Of a stretch of 32,000 bases of DNA, positions 1 to 7,577 are shown one piece after another. This DNA comes from Thermodesulfobacteriota bacterium (GTDB lineage: Bacteria; Desulfobacterota; WTBG01; JAGOGO01), in assembly GCA_026625185.1 (NCBI GenBank), contig CP113000.1, positions 1,335,622-1,367,621 of the forward strand, in the 5' to 3' direction. The notes beneath the pieces are model-generated. The model did no database searches. It worked only from the letters and a program-made list of their open reading frames with translations, and was not told the DNA's origin. Each line of letters starts with the position of its first letter. The stretch's first letter is position 1. The translations under genes were made by a program, and so were the position numbers.

Positions 1-417
1 AAGGTCATACAATTTTTTCGAATACTCCATAAACCGGGAAAAATCTTCTATATCCTGAGGAGCAAGAAGAGCATTATGTTTTTTGAGGTCATCTTCCCTT
101 GGATAGAGATCGATGATTTTTCCGTCTTCGAAAAAACAACGCCACTGCAGAGGGATCTCAACCAGTTCAACATAATCCTCCATTTTTTTTCCCGCACGGG
201 TAAAAAGCGCTGCAAATATGTGTGGCAGGGTCAGAATGGAGGGTCCCAAGTCAAAGGAAAAGCCTTCTTTTTTGAGACAATTTAGCTTTCCTCCGATATG
301 ACTGTTTTTCTCGTATACCTCCACCTTAAAACCTTCGCACGCTAATGAAAGAGCAGCTGATGCACCCCCCAAACCAGCTCCGATCACAATTGCCGTGCGA
401 TTTTTTTCTCTGTTCAT
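1..417 (-). CDS. FAD-dependent carotenoid desaturase, CrtI/CrtN (phytoene / 4,4'-diapophytoene desaturase) family; N-terminal 139 codons only, gene runs off the left edge
   Basis: Absent from the ORF track because there is no stop in the window. Minus-strand ATG at 415-417 has a GAGGAG SD 7 nt upstream. Translation is [68 protein letters not shown]..., showing a GxGxxG Rossmann start and the GGK...F.FD.GPS motif typical of CrtI-family desaturases. Confidence 0.8.
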   Translation of the reverse strand, partial: MNREKNRTAIVIGAGLGGASAALSLACEGFKVEVYEKNSHIGGKLNCLKKEGFSFDLGPSILTLPHIFAALFTRAGKKMEDYVELVEIPLQWRCFFEDGKIIDLYPREDDLKKHNALLAPQDIEDFSRFMEYSKKLYDL

Positions 418-437
418 AAGCATTCTCCTCGTTTTGA

Positions 438-908
438 TCACTGAAGAGTTTTTATGAAACGACGCATCCTTAAAAGGATTTTTATCTTCTCGCGCAGCGG
501 TAAATCGGTGTAAAGAACGGTGATTAATCCTCGCACCGTTTTTGCTAATTCCTCAGTATAGGGGAACCAGTTTATCTCCCGCTTCGTCTTGTTTTTATTC
601 ACCATAACCGCGGTCTCAATTGAGAACGTGTGTAACCCTTCCGCGCCATGATATTTGCCGAAACCGCTCTGCTTCACTCCGCCAAAAGGAAGATCCGGGT
701 TGCCGATATTTTTTATGACATCATTAATATACGCGTTACCCGTTTCTAACTGGCTGACCACTCGTTTTGCTTTTTTTGTATCCCGCGACCAAACACTGGC
801 GTTGAGACCGTATGGAGAGTCATTGGCGAGGGCAACAGCTTCTTCTTCAGTTTTAAAGGACATGATCGGTAGGAGCGGTTGCTTTAATGCACTTGGTTTT
901 GATGACAT
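438..908 (-). pseudogene. Aldehyde dehydrogenase family, C-terminal ~155-residue remnant (5' two-thirds missing)
   Basis: The ORF encodes only the ALDH C-terminal region (...FKTEEEAVALANDSPYGLNASVWSRD...NAYINDV...PFGGVKQSGFGKYHGAEGLHTF). Upstream (909-1085) is AT-rich with stops in the same frame (TAA at 969-971) and no catalytic-Cys or NAD-binding domains. Full ALDHs are roughly three times longer. Confidence 0.65.
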
Positions 909-1109
909 TGTCAGATTTTCTGCAGGTCTGTTTGATAGTTTTTGATCACCAGTATGCTTTCCCCTGACTTAAGCCATGTTACTAACCCAGCTAAATTTTT
1001 TAAGAAGTTTTTGAGTTTTATTTAAACAAAATTTTAGATATAATAATAATTATACTATAAAAGCCAGGTAATACAAACAAAGAATTTGATTTTTCTCAGG
1101 AAAGAGAAA

Positions 1110-2222
1110 ATGGAATCAGTTGTCTTAGGCATATATTTTTTGTTCTGGCTTCTCGGATTTATCTTTTTATTTAGAATCCCACCCTGTAAAGGTGGGATCG
1201 GCACACGGGGGGCGTATCCTCCTATTTCGGTGATAATCCCGGCACGAAATGAAGAACGCAGCCTTCCTTCCCTCCTTTTTTCCCTGCACAACCAAAACTT
1301 AAAACCCGATGAAGTAATCGTTGTTGATGATAATTCCGAAGATACTACGGCAGAGGTCGCCGAAAAAGGAGGAGCAAAAGTTGTTCGAGCAAAACCATTG
1401 CCAGAGGGTTGGCATGGGAAGCCATGGGCGTGCTGGACCGGGGCGAAGGAGGCAAAAGGTGAAATTCTGATTTTTTTAGATGCCGACACTTTTCTGACGC
1501 CAGATGGTTTATTGAAAATTATAGGCACTTATTCAGAAAAAAAAGGCATCATTTCTGTTCAGCCTTATCACACAATGGAAAAGACCTATGAAGAACTCTC
1601 AGCGATATTTAATATAATTGTTATGGCCGGGCTGAATGCTTTTACTATTTTGGGCGAGAAAGTGAAGCCATCCGGAATTTTTGGACCCTGCCTGGTGATT
1701 GGCAAAGATGATTATTTTACCTTTGGCGGACATGAAAAGGTAAAAGACACTGTTTTGGAAGATATTGCTATCGGCCAGTTGTATAAAAAGGAAGGTTTTG
1801 TCATTCGTTGTTACGGAGGAAAGGGAACGATTTCATTTCGAATGTATCCGCGCGGAATAACTCAGCTTATGGAGGGGTGGAGTAAGGGTTTTGCAGAAGG
1901 GGCGCAGGGGATTTCTTTTGGCGTGCTTCTTATGATTATATTATGGGTTGCGGGAGGTGCTGGCGACACAAGAATTCTTTTAATGACTTTAATATCCGGA
2001 GAATACCCTGTTCTGTTCCTTGCTGGTCTTTTATATATTTTTTATGCGGTGCAGATTTACTGGATGCTTTTCAGAATAGGTACCTTCAAATTTTATACGG
2101 CACTTTTGTTTCCTGTGCCGCTATTGTTTTTTATTATGCTTTTTTCTTACTCTTTAATACTCAAGATTTTTAAAAAACGGGTAACCTGGAAAGGTCGGAC
2201 TCTCCGTACCGATAAATCATAG
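1110..2222 (+). CDS. Family 2 glycosyltransferase with C-terminal membrane domain, CrtQ-like (4,4'-diaponeurosporenoate glycosyltransferase-like)
   Basis: ISVIIPARNEERSLPSLLFSL...DEVIVVDDNSEDTT...ILIFLDADTF is a GT2 (DxD) core, followed by several hydrophobic helices. Size and architecture resemble staphylococcal CrtQ, and a CrtO-like gene sits directly downstream. The track start is TTG 1086; ATG 1110 (MESVVLG...) is preferred. Confidence 0.75.
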   Translation: MESVVLGIYFLFWLLGFIFLFRIPPCKGGIGTRGAYPPISVIIPARNEERSLPSLLFSLHNQNLKPDEVIVVDDNSEDTTAEVAEKGGAKVVRAKPLPEGWHGKPWACWTGAKEAKGEILIFLDADTFLTPDGLLKIIGTYSEKKGIISVQPYHTMEKTYEELSAIFNIIVMAGLNAFTILGEKVKPSGIFGPCLVIGKDDYFTFGGHEKVKDTVLEDIAIGQLYKKEGFVIRCYGGKGTISFRMYPRGITQLMEGWSKGFAEGAQGISFGVLLMIILWVAGGAGDTRILLMTLISGEYPVLFLAGLLYIFYAVQIYWMLFRIGTFKFYTALLFPVPLLFFIMLFSYSLILKIFKKRVTWKGRTLRTDKS

Positions 2223-2231
2223 GAGCCCTTC

Positions 2232-2720
2232 ATGAGGATATGGTACTTCTCTGTCCTGTGGACGGTCTTTCTTGATTGTGTCGCATGGTTCGTCATCCAT
2301 ATGGGTGTATCCTACATAATGAGCCAAATGCGCCTAGAGTATTTCAATCCCCAATCCTGGGCTTTTCGGAGAAGAGACTGGGAAAATGATGGCAGAGTTT
2401 ACCAAGAAACTTTTTTCGTGAAAAAGTGGAAAGGTCTTTTGCCTGAAGGCGCAGCGTTATTTGCACAAGGGTTCAGGAAAAAACACCTAAAGGAAAAAAA
2501 CGAAGATTATTTTAGTCTGTTTGTCGCTGAGACCTGCCGTTCAGAAGCTGTTCATTGGGTGACGATGATATTCTCCCCGCTTTTCTTTTTGTGGAATCCG
2601 TTGTGGGTAGGAGTGGGCATGGTTGGCTACGCCTTATTTGCGAATCTTCCTTGCATTGTTACTCAGCGATATAACCGGATTCGCTTGGCGAGAGTAGTAC
2701 AAAAGAAAATTGAGAATTGA
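2232..2720 (+). CDS. Glycosyl-4,4'-diaponeurosporenoate acyltransferase-like (CrtO family) membrane protein
   Basis: 162 aa, TAGGAG SD 7 nt upstream. It has N-terminal TM helices, then VKKWKGLLPE and a C-terminal QRYNRIRL motif that I recall as characteristic of the small CrtO acyltransferase family. It starts 10 nt after the CrtQ-like gene. Confidence 0.65.
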   Translation: MRIWYFSVLWTVFLDCVAWFVIHMGVSYIMSQMRLEYFNPQSWAFRRRDWENDGRVYQETFFVKKWKGLLPEGAALFAQGFRKKHLKEKNEDYFSLFVAETCRSEAVHWVTMIFSPLFFLWNPLWVGVGMVGYALFANLPCIVTQRYNRIRLARVVQKKIEN

Positions 2721-2757
2721 AAATTTTGTGAGGTAATTCTGTTTTGTTTACGCCGGG

Positions 2758-3300
2758 TTAGCTTTCCCTAAGAAGACTTTTGAGTAGCTCAATAATTTTT
2801 TTGATTTCTTCATCTTCTATTTTCCCAGCCGCACGATATCGAATAAAGCCTTTTTTATCGATAATGACAAAATTGCTTTCGTTATCCTTTATCCCATAAT
2901 CAGTAAACATTTCCCCGTCCCAATCTCCGTAAAGAGTTATACCTTCTTTCTTTGAATTTTCCTTGAGTTTGTATTTCCAAATTTTAATGATCGGCCATGA
3001 GACCGGAAAACATTTGACAACCGGCACCCGCGCATACTGAGGCCTAAGGTTCTCTGGCATTGCCAGGTAAAAATTTTTTAAAGCATTTTTTAAAGTTTTA
3101 TTTTTTTCAACCACCTCTTTTGTCTCATACCATAGGGTAAGTACTTTCCCCTTTACCATGTCAAGGTTCAGTTCCTGATCATCACCGGTCCTCACGCAAA
3201 AGAAAGGGGCGGGAGTGTTAACCTCAAAACCATGGGTCGGAAAAACAAAAAGGGGAAACAACGTAAACCCAACTAGGATGAGAATAAAAAACTTTTTCAT
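2758..3300 (-). CDS. Secreted thioredoxin-fold protein lacking a CxxC motif (YtfJ/AhpC-TSA-like)
   Basis: N-terminal signal peptide (MKKFFILILVGFTLFPLFVF). The pattern GKVLTLWY...N..LKNALK...VIIDKKGFIRY resembles redoxin/YtfJ-type folds, but no catalytic cysteine pair is present. Confidence 0.45.
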   Translation of the reverse strand: MKKFFILILVGFTLFPLFVFPTHGFEVNTPAPFFCVRTGDDQELNLDMVKGKVLTLWYETKEVVEKNKTLKNALKNFYLAMPENLRPQYARVPVVKCFPVSWPIIKIWKYKLKENSKKEGITLYGDWDGEMFTDYGIKDNESNFVIIDKKGFIRYRAAGKIEDEEIKKIIELLKSLLRES

Positions 3301-3335
3301 ACTATTCTCCTATAAGTACTGATAATCGAGAACGC

Positions 3336-4685
3336 TTATTTGTTTTCTATCACCTTTTTAATATAACCGGTGATGTTAAATTTTGAATTCATCCCTTGAT
3401 AACTCATATAACGGATTTTTCCAAAAATTCCCCTTTCTTTCCAGGGGCGGTCGTGGACGCCGCCAATGCTCCAGGCAATCCCTGCATAGCCATTGGGATC
3501 GCGGCCATCAAGTTCGTATTTGTCATTAAGGTAGAGAGCGGTTCTAAGCGCTTGTTCGGGGTTCTCCGCCCACTCGAGAATTTTTTTCGCCCAATACATG
3601 CGCAGATAGCCATGCATCTTGCCTTTCACGATCATTTCTGTTTGCGCGGCATTCCAGAGATCATCGTGGGTCCGGGCGTTTTCCAGTTCTTTTAAGGTGT
3701 ACGAATAGGCACGAGGATCTTTTCGGTGATCATGGAGGGTGACTTGTGCCCAGCGGGGAAAACCCTTAAAAGAATCATAGGAGGCATTATAAAAACAAAA
3801 GTTATCCGCCAGCTCTCTTCGCACGATCAGCTCTTCCAAAAAGGCTTCTTCTGCCGCAGGTGGAGCATTCCTACCCACAACCTCCAGGGCTACCCGTTGG
3901 GCTGAGAGTTGGCCGAAGTGGAGATAGGGGGATAACTGGGATTGTCCGTTCTGGGTTGGATCATTTCTCATCCGGCCATAGTCTGCCAGCGGGGAACCCA
4001 AAAAATCTAAAAGAACTTTTTTGGCTGCTACTCCACCCGGTTTGAGCCAAGTGACTTCCGGCACCGTGTGGTCAACCATCAGGGTATTAGAAATCTGCTT
4101 CCAATTGTTGCCCTGGGGCAGCGTTGTTAATCTATAGGGGTGCTTTTGGAGTTTGGGAAAGGACGTTAGAAATTCCGGCAGCAAACGGCGAATTTTTGGC
4201 CTCAGGGTGTGCGCTCCGTATTCTTGTTTTGGCGAGGCAATCCAGCAGGGAACAATATTGTGCGCATCAACTTCACGAAAAGGGATACTTATTTTTTCAC
4301 CCACTTTCTTTTTCCACGCTTGTTTAATCCGGAGGGGATCAAAATCCGTAACCAGTTGAGACGCGTCATAATGCTTTAAGAAAACAGGAATTTCTTTTTC
4401 TGGAGAGCCGGGGAGAAGAAAAAACGGAACGTTTTTGGTCGCTAAATCATTTTCAACTTCTTGGAGGCCTTTGAGCATAAAAAGGTATTGCCGTGCGGTT
4501 GCGTCAAGAAAGCGAGGGACGAGACAGAATACAACCACCAACGGAGCATGGGAAGCTAAACTTATTTTCTGGGCAAACAAAAGCGTCCAATTATCATGTG
4601 CCCGTTGGTCCCGACTCATCCAGTAAACAACAACGCCTTTTTTTTCTTTCCCGGGTTTTAAAATTCGAACACGGCGGTGGTCCAT
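3336..4685 (-). CDS. phr: Deoxyribodipyrimidine photolyase, class II (CPD photolyase)
   Basis: 449 aa. The N-terminus VVYWMSRDQRAHDNW and the C-terminus GKMHGYLRMYWAKKILEW...GYAGIAWSIGGVHDRPW are class II photolyase signatures. Confidence 0.9.
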   Translation of the reverse strand: MDHRRVRILKPGKEKKGVVVYWMSRDQRAHDNWTLLFAQKISLASHAPLVVVFCLVPRFLDATARQYLFMLKGLQEVENDLATKNVPFFLLPGSPEKEIPVFLKHYDASQLVTDFDPLRIKQAWKKKVGEKISIPFREVDAHNIVPCWIASPKQEYGAHTLRPKIRRLLPEFLTSFPKLQKHPYRLTTLPQGNNWKQISNTLMVDHTVPEVTWLKPGGVAAKKVLLDFLGSPLADYGRMRNDPTQNGQSQLSPYLHFGQLSAQRVALEVVGRNAPPAAEEAFLEELIVRRELADNFCFYNASYDSFKGFPRWAQVTLHDHRKDPRAYSYTLKELENARTHDDLWNAAQTEMIVKGKMHGYLRMYWAKKILEWAENPEQALRTALYLNDKYELDGRDPNGYAGIAWSIGGVHDRPWKERGIFGKIRYMSYQGMNSKFNITGYIKKVIENK

Positions 4686-4706
4686 AGCGTAGAATTACTT
4701 AAATGG

Positions 4707-5150
4707 TTACATTAGACTTTTAATCATCCACAAGACAAGCACGCACCGTATACTCCAGCCAATGGTTCGGATCCAGTTGGTGTTAATCAGGAAATTAATT
4801 CCTTTGAGATCAAATCCCCGGGTGAGCCGGTAGTGACGAGGCACTTGCAGGAAAGCGGTAGAACACCAGATAAGGCCAATAAGAATGAGGTTTGCCCATA
4901 CCTGCAGGGGAAGCAGTCCGGCTGGAGTTTTCCAAACCAGCAGCAAAGCGGTACCCATTTCAATCATCTGCAAGGGGATAACGATTAAGACCGTCCGGCG
5001 CAAATTAAAATCCTGGTATTCTTTGAAGCTGCTGGGATCAACCTTGGTAAACAGGGGGTAATGAACAATCTGCGCAAACCAGATAATCCCCACCATGGCC
5101 ATTGTTGTACCAACCTGAGCTAAGAATACTATTTGCATGAATTCATTCAT
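4707..5150 (-). CDS. Small integral membrane protein (4 predicted TM helices; possibly DUF1772-like)
   Basis: 147 aa, hydrophobic segments throughout. It lies 21 nt upstream of the photolyase start on the same strand. The family assignment is from memory only. Confidence 0.6.
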   Translation of the reverse strand: MNEFMQIVFLAQVGTTMAMVGIIWFAQIVHYPLFTKVDPSSFKEYQDFNLRRTVLIVIPLQMIEMGTALLLVWKTPAGLLPLQVWANLILIGLIWCSTAFLQVPRHYRLTRGFDLKGINFLINTNWIRTIGWSIRCVLVLWMIKSLM

Positions 5151-5195
5151 TAGTATCCTCCTGTAAGCAGGGTGGAAGTAAGAAACAAACTTTTT

Positions 5196-5684
5196 TTATG
5201 GTGTCTTCTCACCAAATTGTAGCCCGCTGATGCGCTCAACCTCGCTCAGTCTCCATACTAAACTTCGGCCCTCGGCTTCAAGGGCATCCAGAGTTTCTTC
5301 AGGTGAATGGCCGAGTGCAGCAATAATATTTTTGGAAATTTTTTTATTTTTAATGAGGTTAACAAATGCCCGCCGAACAGTTTTTTTCTCCTCATTGTCC
5401 TGAATCTCTTGCAATCGACCATAAAGCGTCACAAATCGACAGTACGAAAGATCGGGAACGGTTTGCTCTATTTCCACAACCACCAGGGGGTTTTCTCGAA
5501 AATATTTTATTTTAGCTCCGTAGTTGGCAGAAAGAAAGTAGAGGTGGTTGTTTTGCCAAACGTAAAGGAACGGAGCTAAATAGGGATATTTTGCGCCATG
5601 AAAGACAATGCGACAAAGATATTCCGTGGTAATTATTTTTTTGCATTCTTCTTGGCTTAAAGCCGGTATTTCAAAAACGTTCAT
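5196..5684 (-). CDS. Pyridoxamine 5'-phosphate oxidase-related FMN-binding (split-barrel) family protein
   Basis: 162 aa, AAAGGAG SD upstream. The pattern LSQEECKKII....YLCRIVF....YPYLAPFLYVW.NNHLYF is typical of Pyridox_ox_2-type proteins. Confidence 0.6.
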   Translation of the reverse strand: MNVFEIPALSQEECKKIITTEYLCRIVFHGAKYPYLAPFLYVWQNNHLYFLSANYGAKIKYFRENPLVVVEIEQTVPDLSYCRFVTLYGRLQEIQDNEEKKTVRRAFVNLIKNKKISKNIIAALGHSPEETLDALEAEGRSLVWRLSEVERISGLQFGEKTP

Positions 5685-5732
5685 ATCAACTCCTTTCCCC
5701 TGGTGCGGTTGCGATAAAAAAACTTTTTTATG

Positions 5733-6641
5733 CTACCCCACGAGGTCATGTAAAGCGATTGATAAGGTTGGAAATTTAAAAAGGAATCCATTACTCAAAA
5801 GTTTCTTAGGAAGCGCTCGTTGTCCTTTAAGGAGCATATCAGCAGACTCCCCGAGAGTTAATCGCAAAAGAAACTCGGGAATAGGTAATGGTGGGTAAGG
5901 CTTATGCAATACCGCGCTGAGTGTTTGCGTTAACTCGCGATTGCGGACCGGATTTGGGGCGGTAAAATTTACCGGACCTTCCAACTCAGGATTTTCTAAT
6001 AAGAAAAGAAAAATATTTGTCAGGTCTTGTTCATGAATCCAGGAAAACCATTGCTTCCCGCTACCAAGTGAAGCACCCAGGCAGCATTTAAAAAGCGGAG
6101 TTAACCGAGCAAGCGCCCCTCCGTTTCGGCCCAGAACAATGCCGATGCGGCATAAGACAACTCGTGCCCCGAATTTTTCAGCGGCAACTGCGGTCTGTTC
6201 CCAGGCTGAAGCAAGCCGCGCGAGAAAATCATACCCCGGGCCGTCAATTTCGTCTAAGAAGTTATCCCCTTGAAAACCGTAATACCCGACCCCAGAAGCG
6301 CTAAAGAAATGGATTTTTTTTTGTTCGCGCTGTGATAATGCTTCGACCAGGTTTTTGGTTGTCAGTATGCGGCTATCGAAAATTTCCTTTTTTACTTTTT
6401 CGGTCCAGCGGTTAAAGATCGAAAACCCGGCAAGGTTGATGATTGCGTCGTGATCGCCGGCTATTTTTTGCCACGCCCCGGTTTTGGTGGGGTCTGCTTC
6501 CAATATAAAAACGCGGGGAGAAAAAGGAAAGGGTTTTTTAAGGTTGCGTGAGAGGACGGTTATTTCATGACCTTGCTCAGCAAGCGCGAAGGTCAGGAAA
6601 CGCCCAATAAATCCTGATCCCCCGGTTAAAAAAATTCTCAT
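5733..6641 (-). CDS. NAD-dependent epimerase/dehydratase family, TIGR01777 (YfcH/SDR39U1-like) with C-terminal DUF1731-type region
   Basis: MRIFLTGGSGFIGRFL Rossmann start, ~300 aa, with the C-terminal ...LLKGQRALPKKLL..GF.F.FP motif typical of the YfcH family. Confidence 0.75.
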   Translation of the reverse strand: MRIFLTGGSGFIGRFLTFALAEQGHEITVLSRNLKKPFPFSPRVFILEADPTKTGAWQKIAGDHDAIINLAGFSIFNRWTEKVKKEIFDSRILTTKNLVEALSQREQKKIHFFSASGVGYYGFQGDNFLDEIDGPGYDFLARLASAWEQTAVAAEKFGARVVLCRIGIVLGRNGGALARLTPLFKCCLGASLGSGKQWFSWIHEQDLTNIFLFLLENPELEGPVNFTAPNPVRNRELTQTLSAVLHKPYPPLPIPEFLLRLTLGESADMLLKGQRALPKKLLSNGFLFKFPTLSIALHDLVG

Positions 6642-6790
6642 TTTTGTTAAGGGGTAAAAGGTTATTGATTTCCCTAAAAGACCGCTATGTTTAATATACT
6701 AAAATTAGATAAAAATTTCTAATAATTTAGAAAAAAAATGACCATGCAAAACCGCAAAATAAGCGCACCTGATTCTCATTTTTTAATTTA

Positions 6791-6819
6791 TTGATAGAAA
6801 ACAAAGTTTTTGGTATTTT
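6791..6819 (+). promoter_or_regulatory. Sigma70-like promoter with extended -10 (TTGATA-N17-TGgTATTTT)
   Basis: TTGATA at 6791-6796, a 17-nt spacer ending in TGG, and TATTTT at 6814-6819, about 55 nt upstream of the ATG at 6873. Confidence 0.4.
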
Positions 6820-6872
6820 AAGATTATTTTATGAAACCACCATTACGAAAAACAAGGGGTTGTGGTTGATTT

Positions 6873-7157
6873 ATGGGCTTAGGTTTCAAAGATAAAATTT
6901 CATGCTCAGAAGATTTTAGGTTTTGCGAAGAGTCCTTGCCCAAGGTTTCGAGAACTTTTGCCATTAATATAAGGATTCTCAAAGGAGATGTGTACCGTGG
7001 TGTTCTTTTAGCATACCTCCTTTGCCGGATAGCTGATTCCATCGAAGATGATCATTATTTTCCCGTTGATTTTAAAATTCAGAAGCTCCATGACTATGCC
7101 TCTCTTTTCCCTCCTGCTCTCCGTAGGAGGAATAAAAAGAAAACTTTGCAAGAGTAG
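6873..7157 (+). pseudogene. Squalene/dehydrosqualene/phytoene synthase family, N-terminal ~80-residue fragment
   Basis: ...FCEESLPKVSRTFAINIRILKGDVYRGVLLAYLLCRIADSIEDD... matches the SR(S/T)F box and first Asp-rich (DxxED) region of SQS/CrtM-type enzymes. Similarity fades near 7110 and the frame stops at 7157. Intact enzymes are several-fold longer. Confidence 0.65.
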
Positions 7158-7518
7158 AGTGCTGTTAAGCGGCGATTCCGCCGGTTTTGTTGATTCATTT
7201 TGTGGTGAAGGTATCGCGTACGCAATAAGATCCGGCCAATTAGCAGCAGATGCTGTGTCATTAAAACTGCATAATAACATTAACCTGGTAAAAAATTATG
7301 AAAATCTTTGCAACCAGGAGTTTCTTCATAATTTAAAGTATTCATATTACCTTTCATGGTTAATACACAGGTTTCCTAATATTTTTTTAAAAATATTTAC
7401 TCAGCATGCAATTGTCATAGACAGATATTTAGAAGTACCGGCATTAAAAGATACCTATAAAAATTATATTAAATGGATTTTGTCAAGGGTACCGGGGTTT
7501 TTGTTAAAATCTGTTTAG
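7048..7518 (+). pseudogene. Geranylgeranyl reductase-family flavoprotein, C-terminal fragment (recognisable from about 7120)
   Basis: ...RVLLSGDSAGFVDSFCGEGIAYAIRSGQLAADAV... is the LxGDAAGxxxPxxGEGI FAD-contact motif that sits in the last third of GGR-type enzymes. No N-terminal GxGxxG domain exists upstream. The first ~24 codons of the ORF overlap the synthase fragment in another frame. Confidence 0.6.
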
Positions 7519-7577
7519 TATACACGCTGCTGATACATTTTTTTAAGATCACCCCTCCCATTATTCGAGGAGCTGTA

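Noticed and set aside
7473-7577. The 35-codon N-terminal extension of the ankyrin protein ORF in the track (start 7473).
   Set aside because: The extension overlaps the end of the GGR fragment and has no SD. The internal ATG at 7578 has a GAGGAG SD and begins a textbook lipoprotein signal peptide.
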